DNA from: an uncultured delta proteobacterium
Lineage (GTDB): Bacteria; Myxococcota; Myxococcia; Myxococcales; Myxococcaceae
Reading direction: 5' to 3'
Assembly (NCBI GenBank): GCA_963796055.1
Contig: CAWCKH010000006.1
Span: 32,001-96,000 of the forward strand
Length of the DNA stretch: 64,000 nt
In this document: positions 41,517 through 51,281 of the stretch, in pieces
Numbering within the stretch: the first letter of the stretch is position 1
Layout of the letters: every line of letters begins with the position of its first letter
Position numbers and translations under genes: made by a program
The notes under the pieces: generated by a model
Databases searched by the model: none
Told to the model about the DNA's origin: nothing
The model's input: only the letters and a program-made list of their open reading frames with translations

Positions 41517-41520
41517 GCCG

Positions 41521-42312
41521 TCACCGTGCCGGGTCCTCCCCCAGCCGTCGCTCGGCGTCGAGGAAGAAGCCGTCGCGGACGGCGACCCGCTCCCCGGGAC
41601 CGAGGCCCTCCAGGACCGCGGTCAGGCCGAAGTTGGTCCCGCCGACCCGAACCGGGCGACGGGGGAAGTGCCGTCCATCAGGAGACGGGGAGATTACCGC
41701 CGTCTCCTCGCCGGAGAAGAGCAGCGCCGAGGCCGGCAGGATCAGGAGGTCAGCCCGACGCGCCGGCCACTCCACCATCCCCACCGTTCCCGGAGCCAGC
41801 GCCGGCCCACCCTGCTCGACGACGAGAGCGGCACGGGACGTTGTGTCGTCCCAGCGCACGAGGCGGCTCCGGTCGAGTCGCACCCGGATCCGCTCGGCCG
41901 GCCCTGCGGTCGGAGTGAAGGTTCCGCGCTCGCCGTCATGCAAACAGATGAGGTCGTCGTCGTGGATCACCGCCCAGCCGGCCCGGCTCGTCTCGAGCCA
42001 GGCGGCGCCGCTCGGCTCCTGGGCCACCACCTGTCGTCGCGCGACCTCCACGGCCCCGGGTGAAAGCCGGGGAGGCTCGTCCGGCGCAGAATCGGCTCCT
42101 CCTCCGGCGCGTACCAGCGCCATCCCGCACACCGGGCAGGTCCCGGGTGCACGCGCACGAACCTGGGCGTGCATCGGACAGACGAAGCCCGGCGCCCCGT
42201 TCGCCTCGTCCGGCCGGCGGGCCAGGGCGAAGGCGAGCACCACCGCCCCGAGCGCCGCCAGCACGAGCCCGACCCGCGCTGCGGTGACCAGCGACGCCAC
42301 GGACCTGGTCAA
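41521..42312 (-). CDS. Short CusB-like adaptor with heavy-metal-binding domain
   Basis: N-terminal TM; FVCPMH...GTCPVCGMAL; C-terminal LPASAL...VLEGLGPGERVAVRDGFFLDAE; TTG start overlaps asnB stop. Confidence 0.75.
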   Translation of the reverse strand: MTRSVASLVTAARVGLVLAALGAVVLAFALARRPDEANGAPGFVCPMHAQVRARAPGTCPVCGMALVRAGGGADSAPDEPPRLSPGAVEVARRQVVAQEPSGAAWLETSRAGWAVIHDDDLICLHDGERGTFTPTAGPAERIRVRLDRSRLVRWDDTTSRAALVVEQGGPALAPGTVGMVEWPARRADLLILPASALLFSGEETAVISPSPDGRHFPRRPVRVGGTNFGLTAVLEGLGPGERVAVRDGFFLDAERRLGEDPAR

Positions 42313-44246
42313 CGACGAACCCCGTTGCCCTGGCACCAGCGGACCAGGACGTAGAGGGACCAGACCCGGGACCAGTACAGACCTGGCGCCCGGTCGCGGA
42401 ACGCCCGCCACAGCCGGGCCACCGTCCCGGGCTCGAGCCCGGCCGCCCGAACCGCCTCCCCGTCGCGGAGGGTCCGGTCGATCTCCGGACCGAGCCCCTG
42501 GCGGATCCAGCGATCGAAGGGGAGCACGAAGCCGCGCTTGGGGCGCTCGAAGAGGGCCGGGGGGAGCCCGCGCAGGCCCGTGCGCCGCAGCGCCGCCTTC
42601 CGGAGAAGCGGCTCGTAGCGCGGGGCATCGGGAAGCCGGTACACCGCCTCGACGAGACTTGCGTCCACCAGCGGGAGCCGCTGCTCGATGGAGGCGGCCA
42701 TGCTCGCCACGTCGTTGTCCCGGAGCAGTCGCTCGCCCAGGAAGAGCCGCTGCTCGAGCACGCTGATCGCCGCCAGCCGGGAACGGCCATGGATCTCCCG
42801 ATGCAGCCGGGCGCGCACGGCGGGAGGAAGCCCTATCTCGAGCAGGCTCGCCCCCTCCCGTCCGAGGAGCTGCTCCTGGAAGTCGGGCAGGAACTGGGCG
42901 TAGGCGAGCTGGTAGAGCGAGAGCAGATCGTCTCCCCGCCGCACCATCTCCGGGAGCTTGGCCCATCGGGTCTGGCGGGGAACCTCGCCCTGCTGCCGCT
43001 GGAGCGCGGCCACCCCGATCTGCGCGCTGCCCACCAGGGCTCCGCGGGGAACCCAGTCCAGCCGCTGCGACCAGCGGTGGAGCACGGGCAGGTCGCGGAA
43101 GCTGCCGTAGCCGCCGAAGAGCTCGTCCCCTCCGGTGCCCACCAGGGCGACGGTGAACCCCGCCTCCCGTACCGCGCGGGACATGAAGTACGAGTTGAGC
43201 CCGTCGAAGGTGGGCTGATCGAGACTGTCGAGGGCCCTCTCCAGCTCTCCCACGAAGCGGGCCTCGGTCAGGACCACCTCCTGGTGCCGGGTCCCGATGG
43301 CCTGGGCGATCTGGCGGGCGACCTGGCCCTCGTTGAACTCCTCCTCCTCGAACGCGAGGGTGAAGGTGTGGACCGGCCCCCGCTGGGCGCGCTGGGCGAT
43401 GTTGGCAACCGCCGACGAGTCGATGCCGCCGGAGAGGAACACCCCCAGCGGAACGTCGCTGATCAGATGGCCACGGACGCTCTCTTCCAGCACTGCGGCG
43501 AGGTCGTCCTCGGCGATCTCCGGTCCCTGCCCGGGCGCGGGGAGCTGCCAGTACTGCCGCGCGTCCGCGGAACCGTCCTCGCGGACCTCGCGGAGCTCGC
43601 CGGGCAGGAGCGACTCCACTCCCTGCACCGCCGTCCCCGGACCGACCACGAAGCCGTTCCAGACCATCGATGCCGCCGCGACGGGGTCGAGCCGCGGCGT
43701 CCCGAGCAGCCCGGAGGCGAGCAGCGCGCGTATCTCCGAGGCGAAGGCGAACGTCCACCCGCTCGAGGGGTCACCGGAGCGAGCGACGTAGAGCGGCTTG
43801 ATGCCGAGTGGGTCTCGCGCGAGCAGCAGGATCCGGCGGTGCGGGTCCCAGCAGGCCAGGGCGAACATCCCCCGGAACGAGGAGAGCGAGGCCGCGCCCT
43901 CGGTGGCGAGCGCTCGCAGCACCACCGCCGCGTCGCCGGTCGAGCCGAAGGTGTGACCGGCGGCGCCGAGCCGAGCCCGGAGCTCCTGGAAGTTGTAGAC
44001 CTCGCCGTTGAAGAGGAGGACGTGCCCGGTGGTCGGATCGACCATCGGCTGGTGTCCGGCCGGAGAGAGGTCGAGGATCGACAGACGCCGGAAGGCGAGC
44101 AGCGCTCCCTGCTGGTCCGGCCCAGGCGCCGATTCCCAGGTGCCGGAGTCATCCGGTCCGCGGTGCACCATCGCGTCGCTCATCCGCTTCAGGGCGGCGC
44201 GGTTCGCCTCGTCGATGCGGCCCAGGATGCCGGCGATTCCACACAT
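42309..44246 (-). CDS. asnB: Asparagine synthetase B-like glutamine amidotransferase
   Basis: MCGIAG Ntn start; HRGPD, RRLSILD, FNGEVYN, LSGGIDSS and GGDELFGGY motifs. Confidence 0.92.
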   Translation of the reverse strand: MCGIAGILGRIDEANRAALKRMSDAMVHRGPDDSGTWESAPGPDQQGALLAFRRLSILDLSPAGHQPMVDPTTGHVLLFNGEVYNFQELRARLGAAGHTFGSTGDAAVVLRALATEGAASLSSFRGMFALACWDPHRRILLLARDPLGIKPLYVARSGDPSSGWTFAFASEIRALLASGLLGTPRLDPVAAASMVWNGFVVGPGTAVQGVESLLPGELREVREDGSADARQYWQLPAPGQGPEIAEDDLAAVLEESVRGHLISDVPLGVFLSGGIDSSAVANIAQRAQRGPVHTFTLAFEEEEFNEGQVARQIAQAIGTRHQEVVLTEARFVGELERALDSLDQPTFDGLNSYFMSRAVREAGFTVALVGTGGDELFGGYGSFRDLPVLHRWSQRLDWVPRGALVGSAQIGVAALQRQQGEVPRQTRWAKLPEMVRRGDDLLSLYQLAYAQFLPDFQEQLLGREGASLLEIGLPPAVRARLHREIHGRSRLAAISVLEQRLFLGERLLRDNDVASMAASIEQRLPLVDASLVEAVYRLPDAPRYEPLLRKAALRRTGLRGLPPALFERPKRGFVLPFDRWIRQGLGPEIDRTLRDGEAVRAAGLEPGTVARLWRAFRDRAPGLYWSRVWSLYVLVRWCQGNGVRR

Positions 44247-44305
44247 GGGAGGGTGCGCGACCAAACTACGGATCGGCCATCACAGTCACCTGGACGGCCC
44301 CTGGG

Positions 44306-45874
44306 TCACGGGCGCACCGGTCTCGCCTCGCCTCGGCGCGAAGGCGCGTCGATCAGGAGCACCCAGTCATCGAGTCCGGACAGGTTTCTTCCGCGCACCT
44401 GGAATTCGATCTGTCGGGCGTCGGGCAGCGCCATCTCCGCGCCGAAGGTCCCGGCGGATGGATCGAACCAGCGCGCCCGGGCCGGGCGGTGGAGCCTGGA
44501 GAGCTCGAGGGTGAAGCGGCGCCGCTCCGCTCCTGTGGGGGGGACGTAGACCACCAGGAGATCCCCCTCGGGGGAGGCGGCAGCCGCGATGTGCCCTTGC
44601 CCGGACTGCTGACCGGCCCTGACCAGGTCGGGGCGCCCCGCCGACGGGCCGGCGGGGACGAGGCGCTCCCAGGCCAGGCCCTCGAAGAAGGCATGCAGGT
44701 GCATCACCTCCCCGGTCCCGGGGGAGCTCAGCTCCGCCGCCCACGAGGAGACGGCGTGGTCGGTCTCGCCGTAGCTGGCCTCGTACCGGCCGCGCGCGGA
44801 CTCGCACCTCCAGAGGAAGTGATTGCTCCAGATGACCCCCGAGGCGCCGGAGAGCATCGCCCACCACCAGGCCTTCCGGAACGGCTGGAGCTGGCCCCCG
44901 GGATGCTCGTGCTCGTAGGCGGATTCCAGCAGGTAGACGGGCCGGGGCGGCCGGGCGTCGAAGGCGCGCGCCGTGAACCTCCAGGGGGAGGCGTACTGGT
45001 AGACGCCGTTCAGCTCCATGGCCGGGGCGAACAGGGCCTCGTCGGTGGAGATCCCGCCCTGGTGCCCGAAGTTCCAGTGTCCGCTCCAGGGCTGGGTGGC
45101 CCCCGCCGCGCGGATCCCCTCGAGCAGCGCGAGATGGCGCGCTTCTCCTTCCGAGCCGGGCGGGGGCGCGAAGTCGCCGCCGGCGAGCCAGAGCACGTTG
45201 GAGCGATCGCGGAAGCGGGTCCCGAGGTAGCGGCCGTAGCCCGTGCACACCGCACGGGTGTTGGTGGAGGAGTTCAGCTCCTCCCACCACCCTTCCTGGC
45301 CGCCGTCGAAGCCGAGGTAGAGCGGCGCCAGGAGCACCGCCATCCCGTGCGCGGCGGCGCGGTCCACGAACGCCACCGCCCGGTCGAAGTAGGCATCGTT
45401 CGGCGTGGAGAAGTCGCCGCGGCGGAGGAAGGGTTGCTCTCCCCGCCGATTGGAGGGCGGCTCGGGGTTGGGCGGACCCGTGTAGTCGTGGTTGGTGAGC
45501 ATCACCTCCACGAGGTTGAACCCGCGGCGGGCGCGGTCCGCGAGGTAGCGCTCCTGCTCCTCCTCGGTGAGGTTCGCCAGGGCCAGCCAGGCCGTCTCGC
45601 CCTTGATGAGGAACGGCACGCCGCGCTGGTCCTCGAGGTGTCGCCCACCGCGGGAAACTTGAAGGGGAAAGACGGCGGGAAGTGGCCGCGCGAGCCGGCC
45701 GGTGCCAGGGAGGCCGCCGAGCGGTGAGGTGCGGCGCTCGGCGTGGGGGGCCGCGGCCACGACCGCCGGAGCACCGCCGTCCGCCGGCGTCTCCGGCGGC
45801 TTGGGCGAGGGACGGCAGGCGAGGAGCAGGGCGACGGCTGCGAGGGCCGAGGCCCGGCTCCGCCGCTCAGCCAT
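44306..45874 (-). CDS. Lipoprotein, GH140/DUF4038 apiosidase-like with C-terminal collagen-binding-like domain
   Basis: Lipobox LLAC; PFLIKGETAW, RGFNLV, NVLWLAGGD, ESAYE, RWFDP and DDWVLLI motifs. Confidence 0.8.
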   Translation of the reverse strand: MAERRSRASALAAVALLLACRPSPKPPETPADGGAPAVVAAAPHAERRTSPLGGLPGTGRLARPLPAVFPLQVSRGGRHLEDQRGVPFLIKGETAWLALANLTEEEQERYLADRARRGFNLVEVMLTNHDYTGPPNPEPPSNRRGEQPFLRRGDFSTPNDAYFDRAVAFVDRAAAHGMAVLLAPLYLGFDGGQEGWWEELNSSTNTRAVCTGYGRYLGTRFRDRSNVLWLAGGDFAPPPGSEGEARHLALLEGIRAAGATQPWSGHWNFGHQGGISTDEALFAPAMELNGVYQYASPWRFTARAFDARPPRPVYLLESAYEHEHPGGQLQPFRKAWWWAMLSGASGVIWSNHFLWRCESARGRYEASYGETDHAVSSWAAELSSPGTGEVMHLHAFFEGLAWERLVPAGPSAGRPDLVRAGQQSGQGHIAAAASPEGDLLVVYVPPTGAERRRFTLELSRLHRPARARWFDPSAGTFGAEMALPDARQIEFQVRGRNLSGLDDWVLLIDAPSRRGEARPVRP

Positions 45875-47025
45875 TGCCGGCGAAGTGGCGGCGGATCGCC
45901 TGAACGATGCGCCCGGCCGCCTGTCCGTCGCCGTACGGGTTTCGCGCCTGGGACATCGCCGAGTAGGCCTCGGGGTCGGTGAGGAGCCGGGTGGCATGGC
46001 GGCTGATCTCGCTCGCCCGGGGACCGGTGAGGATGGCCGTCCCGGCGGCCACTCCTTCCGGGCGCTCGGTGGTATCGCGCATCACCAGCACCGGCTTGCC
46101 CAGCGAGGGCGCCTCCTCCTGGACGCCGCCGGAGTCGGTGAGCACCAGCCGGCAGCGATCGAGCAGCGCCACGAAGGTCCGGTAGCCCTGCGGAGGAATG
46201 AGCCGGACGTTGCTCAGCCCACCGAGGAGGGCGTTCACGTGGGTGTGCACGTTGGGGTTCAGGTGAACGGGATAGACGAACCGGTGGTCGGGAAAGGTCG
46301 CGGCCAGGGTGGCGATCGCCTCGCAGAATCTGGGCGATGCCGTCGCCGAAGTTCTCCCGGCGGTGGCCGGTGATGAGGACCAGGGGCACCCGCGCCCAGT
46401 CCGGGCCCACCAGCGTGCGCAGCTCGGCGTCGATGCCGGCGCGGAGCCGCTCGTCGGCCTTCTGGGCGGCGACCTCCACCAGCAGCGCATCTATGACCGT
46501 GTTGCCGGTGACGGTGATGCTGGTGTCGGGAATGCTTTCCCGGAGCAGCGCCGAGCGTGCCGCCTCGGTGGGCGCGAAGTGGAGCGCCATCAACGGGGTG
46601 GCGAGCTTGCGGTTCACCTCTTCCGGGAAGGGAGACCAGATATTGCCGGTGCGCAGCCCGGCCTCCACGTGCCCGATCGGGATGCGGCGGTAGAAGCAGG
46701 CCAGGGCGGCCACCAGCACCGTCGTGGTGTCGCCCTGCACCAGCGCGAGGTCGGGGCGGGACGAGCCGAGCCAGCCGTCGATCCCCTCCATCAGCCGCGA
46801 GGTGAGCCCGGCCAGCGTCTGGTTGGGGCGCATCACGTCCAGGTCGGCGTCCACGGTGAAGCCAAAGGTCTCGGTCACCTGCCAGAACATCTCCTTGTGC
46901 TGTCCGGTGGCGACAACGGTGCAGCGGAGATCCTCGGTGCGACGGAGGGCCGCCACGACCGGCGCGAGCTTGATGGCCTCGGGCCGGGTCCCCATGAAGA
47001 CAACGATGTTGCGGGGAGCGCTCAC
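45867..47025 (-). CDS. wecB: UDP-N-acetylglucosamine 2-epimerase (frameshift at ~46328, probably a sequencing error)
   Basis: GTRPEAIK, QGDTTT, HVEAGLRT, HRRENFG, then (other frame) VHLNP, DSGGVQEEA, TERPEG, NPYGDG. Confidence 0.92.
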
Positions 47026-47823
47026 GAGGCGGATGCGCCGAGACGGCGGCGGAGGGCCTCGCGGCCGGCCGCCCAGAGGAACTCGGTGTTGGTGGTGAGG
47101 TAGCGCTTCCACATCTTCCGGGGCTCCATCAGGAGGCGCCAGGACCACTCCATCCCGGTGGCGCGGAGCCAGCGAGGAGCCCGGGGGACCTCTCCGGCGA
47201 GCACGTCGAAGCTCCCGCCGACCCCCATCAGCACCGGGATCTGTAGGAGCTCCCGGTACCGCTGGCAGAAGACTTCCTTGAAGGGCGATGGCATTCCGAC
47301 GAAGAGGAGGTGCGGAGCGCGCTCGCGGATCTCCTCCGCCACCGACGCCTGCTCGCTCTTCGAGAAGTACCCGTTGCGCGCGCCGGCCACCACCAGGCCC
47401 GGGTAGGAGGTCGCGCAGCGCTGGAGGAGCTTCCGGATGACCTCCTCGCGGGCACCGAGGAGGTAGATCCGGAGGTGCCGGGCCGAGGCAGCCTCGAGGA
47501 GCCGGGTCATGAGAATCCACGCCGGTGACGCGCCCGGGGACCGGCGTCCGGGCCAGTCCCATCGCCCACACCACCGACATCCCGTCGGCGAGGACCAGAT
47601 CCCCGGCGCGGCAGGCCTCCGACAGCTCGGGGTCCCGCCGCATCATGCAGAGCACCCCGGCATTGGCAGTGATGACCGTGTGCGGAGCGCGGGGGCCCTC
47701 GCACCAGGCCAGGCAGCGCGCCAGCGCCGAGTCCATCGTCTCGGGGTCGAAGGACAGGCCCATCAGCTGGGGCCGCACCGTGGACTCAGGCACAGCCGGC
47801 TCCGGACCCGCGGTGGGTTGCAT
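47022..47823 (-). CDS. WecG/TagA/CpsF glycosyltransferase (frameshift at ~47515, probably a sequencing error)
   Basis: LADGMSVVW, RVTGVD, then (other frame) LMTRLL, YLLGA, GVGGSFD, RAP.W....GMEW..RL..EP. Confidence 0.9.
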
Positions 47824-48745
47824 CCCAGACCGCGGCGCGCTCGGCGTTCACCTTCCGGGTCGCCTTCCGCTTCCCGACCAGCAACGCCAGATGCTGGTAG
47901 CTGCGGACGAAGCGCCGGAACTCGGGATCGTCGTACCGCTGCGCACCGCGGACCGCGCTGGAGAAGTAGCCCCAGAGCATCGCCGCGCTCCCGTACACCG
48001 GCGGGTGCTGCGCCACCCGCGAGGCAGCGACGGCCAGGTAATAGAGAGGAGACGTCCCCATGAAGTACTGGCCGAATCCGGCCCGGACGCGCCCGGTCCA
48101 GATGCCCTTCTGACTGGCGCCCTGGGGACGGAGATGGACGAAGCGCAGCCCCTCCTCGTCCACGCTCTCGGCCAGCCAGCCCAGCATCCGCGCGCGGTGA
48201 CAGTCGATGCCGTCCCACATCACCTGGCGGACGAAGCCGCCAATCTCCCGGAAGCAGGCGACCCGGTAGAACTTGGTCATGCCCACCGACATCTCGTCGC
48301 CGCACACCTCCGGCACCAGCTGACCGGTCCGTGGGTGCACGAACCAGGGCTTGCCGGACGAGGTGCCGAGGCGCGGCTCCGCCTCCATGCGCTGGACCAG
48401 CCGCTCGAAGTATCCGGGCGGGAGGTCGAGATCCATGTCCAGCTTGCAGAGGTAGTCGAAGCCGTCGAGGTCCACGCTCTCCAGTCCGGCGTAGAACGCC
48501 TCGACGACGCCGGGCCCGACGCTCCGCCGCCCGCGATCGTCCCGGCGGAGCACGCGGAGGTACGGAAGCTTCCGCGAGAACTCCTCGAGGATGGCGGGCG
48601 TCTCGTCGGTCGAGCCGTCGTCGACCACGACCCACAGCGCCGGCCCCAGCGTCTGCGCCGCGACGCTCTCCAGGGTCCGGCGCAGGTACGCGGCCTCGTC
48701 GCGACAGGGCGAGATGAGGAGATAGCGACGGCCCACCGCGTTCAC
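47786..48745 (-). CDS. Glycosyltransferase family 2
   Basis: ISPCRDE, VVDDGSTD and KLDMD motifs; GGAGG RBS. Confidence 0.92.
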   Translation of the reverse strand: MNAVGRRYLLISPCRDEAAYLRRTLESVAAQTLGPALWVVVDDGSTDETPAILEEFSRKLPYLRVLRRDDRGRRSVGPGVVEAFYAGLESVDLDGFDYLCKLDMDLDLPPGYFERLVQRMEAEPRLGTSSGKPWFVHPRTGQLVPEVCGDEMSVGMTKFYRVACFREIGGFVRQVMWDGIDCHRARMLGWLAESVDEEGLRFVHLRPQGASQKGIWTGRVRAGFGQYFMGTSPLYYLAVAASRVAQHPPVYGSAAMLWGYFSSAVRGAQRYDDPEFRRFVRSYQHLALLVGKRKATRKVNAERAAVWDATHRGSGAGCA

Positions 48746-48939
48746 GACGTGACCTCCCGGACCACGACCGGAACCAGGCACGTATCACGACACCGTTCCG
48801 ACGTCGTGAACTCCGGCAGTGGCCGCGCGACCCTGCACCTTGGGTCCAGGGGGGGTTGGGGCTCACCCACCGCGACTGGGGCGTGGAGGGTGGTAGAAGG
48901 CGCAGGCCCCGACGTTCGGCGCTTCCAGCACTGCGCGAG

Positions 48940-50232
48940 ATGAATCGAGAGCGCCTCAGCATCCTGTACCTCGCCCCGTTTCCCCCGAGCCCGCCGCGGT
49001 TCGGGGCCCAGGCCCGGATGCACGGACTGGTGACCGCGCTCGCCCGCCGCCACGACATCACCCTGGTGTCGCTGCTCGACGAGCAGGTCGATGCCGAGGA
49101 GTCCCGCCGGGCGATGAGCGGGTACTGCCGCGAGGTGGTGCTGATCCCCAACCGACGCGGCCGGAGCGGTCTGTCGAAGCGGGCGAATCAGCTTCGCTCG
49201 CTCGTCTCGCTGCACAGCTTCGAGCACCTGCGCCATGCGCTTCCCGAGCTCCAGGCGACGCTCGACCGACTGGAAGCACGGTCGCGGTTCGACCTGGTCA
49301 ACGTCGTGTTCCCGCACCTCGCCCATTTCCGGTTGCGGCAGGCTCCGGCCGGCGCGCCGCCCCCCCGGGTGGTCGTCGACTCGCACGAGGTCAGCTACCA
49401 GCTGGGACGGCAGTTCGCCCGGAGCGCCCCCACGCTCGCGCGGCGGATCTACGGAGAATGGAACTGGCGCAAGCTGCGGGGGGAGGAACTCGCCGCCTAC
49501 CGCCATGCCGACGGCAGCTACTTCTGCAGTCGCGACGACCAGGAGCGGGTCCTGGCCGAGGTGCCCGAGGCCCGCACGGCGGTCGTCCCCAACGCCGCCG
49601 ACGTGGATTTCTACCGGCGTCGGACCGAGGACCCTCCACCGGACGGGCGGACGATGGTCTTCTTCGGCCTTCTGTCTACCGTCCCGAACATCGACGGCAT
49701 CCGGTGGTTCGTCCAGGCGATCTGGCCGCGGGTGGTTCGCGCGCGGCCGGACGCCCGGCTGCTCGTCCTGGGGAAGGATCCGCCCCTGGCGGTCCGGGAG
49801 CTCGCCGGACCGGGCGTGGAGGTGGCCGGCTTCGTCGCGGATCTGCGGCCGTCTCTCGCCGCGGCGGCGGCGGTGGCCGTGCCCCTGCGGCTGGGCGGAG
49901 GAACCCGGCTGAAGATCGTGGAGGCCATGGCGATGGGACGGCCGGTGGTCTCCACCACCCTCGGCGCCGAAGGACTCGACGTGGTCTCCGGTCGGGACCT
50001 CCTCATCGCCGACGAGCCGGAGACCTTCGCCGCGGCGCTGCTTCGCGTGCTCGACGACCGGGAGCTCGGCGACCGGCTCGGAACTGCGGCACGGCAGCTC
50101 GCAGTCGCCCGTTACGCCTGGACCGCAGCCGCCGACACCTTGGAGTCTTTCTTCAAAGAGATCCTGGAGGACCGTCGCGGAGACGCGCGAGCGACCGCCG
50201 GGCGACTGGGGGCCGGAGGGAGCACCTCGTGA
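48940..50232 (+). CDS. Glycosyltransferase family 4
   Basis: VPNAAD, PNIDG, GGGTRLKIVEAMAMGRPVVST motifs. Confidence 0.92.
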   Translation: MNRERLSILYLAPFPPSPPRFGAQARMHGLVTALARRHDITLVSLLDEQVDAEESRRAMSGYCREVVLIPNRRGRSGLSKRANQLRSLVSLHSFEHLRHALPELQATLDRLEARSRFDLVNVVFPHLAHFRLRQAPAGAPPPRVVVDSHEVSYQLGRQFARSAPTLARRIYGEWNWRKLRGEELAAYRHADGSYFCSRDDQERVLAEVPEARTAVVPNAADVDFYRRRTEDPPPDGRTMVFFGLLSTVPNIDGIRWFVQAIWPRVVRARPDARLLVLGKDPPLAVRELAGPGVEVAGFVADLRPSLAAAAAVAVPLRLGGGTRLKIVEAMAMGRPVVSTTLGAEGLDVVSGRDLLIADEPETFAAALLRVLDDRELGDRLGTAARQLAVARYAWTAAADTLESFFKEILEDRRGDARATAGRLGAGGSTS

Positions 50233-51281
50233 GAGCAGCGCTGATCGGAGCCGGTCAGATCGCCCGGCAGCACCTGACCTGCCTGACCGGGCTGCCCGGG
50301 CTGGAGGTCGCCGCGGTGTGCGACCTCTCCCCGGCAACGGCGGAATGCGCCGCCGAGCGGCACGGGATTCCCGCCTGGTTCACCGATCACCGGGAGATGC
50401 TGCGCGAGGTCCGTCCCGACGTGGTCCACGTCACCACCCCTCCCGCCTCCCATTTCCGTCTCGCCCAGGATGCGCTGGCGGCGCACGCGCACGTCATCGT
50501 CGAGAAGCCGGCCACCTCCACCCTGGAGGAGGTGGAGGGCCTGGCCCGGCAGGCCCGCGAGCAAGGCCGGGCGCTGATCGAGGACTACAACTACCTCTTC
50601 AACCGCGGGCCGCTGGAGATCCTCCGGCGGGTCGAGTCAGGGGAGTTCGGGGCGGTGGTCCACGTCGAGGCGACCATCTGCCTCGCCATCCTCGGCCCGG
50701 AGGGATTCGCCGACCCCAACCTCTCGCACCCTGCCCTGGCGCTCGCCGGCGGAGCCATCTCCGACTTCCTGCCGCACCTCGCCTCGCTGGCCCACCGCTT
50801 CGTCGGTCCGCACCGCCGGGCGTGGCCGGTCTGGACGAAGCGCACGCCATCGGTCCTTCCGTTCGACGAGTTCCACGCCATCGTCGAGGCCGAGCGTGGC
50901 ACCGCCGCGCTGGCCTTCAGCGCCACCGCCCAGCCGGACGCCTTCTGGCTCCGGGTCTACGGCGAGAAGATGCAGGCGAGCACCAACCTCTTCGAGACCC
51001 GATTGACCTTCGAGAGGGTGCGCCCGGGGCCGAAGCCGCTCCAGCCGCTCTTCAACGGCCTGGAGGAAGGCGCCGCCATTCGCCGGGCCGCACGGGCCAC
51101 ACTGATGCGGAAGTTCAAGGGAGGGCCGGGCGGGTACGAGGGGCTCTTCGAGCTGCTGGCCCGATGCTACCGCGCGTTCGGCGACAGCTCGCCGCCCCCG
51201 GTCTCGCTGCAGCAGCTGCTGGAGGTGAACCGGCTGGTGGATGCGCTCAAGCCCCAGCGTGCGGAAGGAGCTCGGGTGTGA
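50229..51281 (+). CDS. Gfo/Idh/MocA-family oxidoreductase
   Basis: IGAGQIA, VTTPP..H and VEKP motifs; GTGA overlap. Confidence 0.9.
   Translation: MRAALIGAGQIARQHLTCLTGLPGLEVAAVCDLSPATAECAAERHGIPAWFTDHREMLREVRPDVVHVTTPPASHFRLAQDALAAHAHVIVEKPATSTLEEVEGLARQAREQGRALIEDYNYLFNRGPLEILRRVESGEFGAVVHVEATICLAILGPEGFADPNLSHPALALAGGAISDFLPHLASLAHRFVGPHRRAWPVWTKRTPSVLPFDEFHAIVEAERGTAALAFSATAQPDAFWLRVYGEKMQASTNLFETRLTFERVRPGPKPLQPLFNGLEEGAAIRRAARATLMRKFKGGPGGYEGLFELLARCYRAFGDSSPPPVSLQQLLEVNRLVDALKPQRAEGARV

Noticed and set aside
45502..47823. 773-aa apparent WecG-WecB fusion ORF
   Set aside because: Artefact of the frameshifts at ~47515 and ~46328; repairing them gives two normal genes with a GTGA overlap.
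33298..47823. Treating the frameshifted genes as true pseudogenes of a decaying locus
   Set aside because: Each has one indel, no in-frame stops and intact motifs on both sides; the indels follow a motif or homopolymer pattern typical of sequencing error, though this is unproven without reads.
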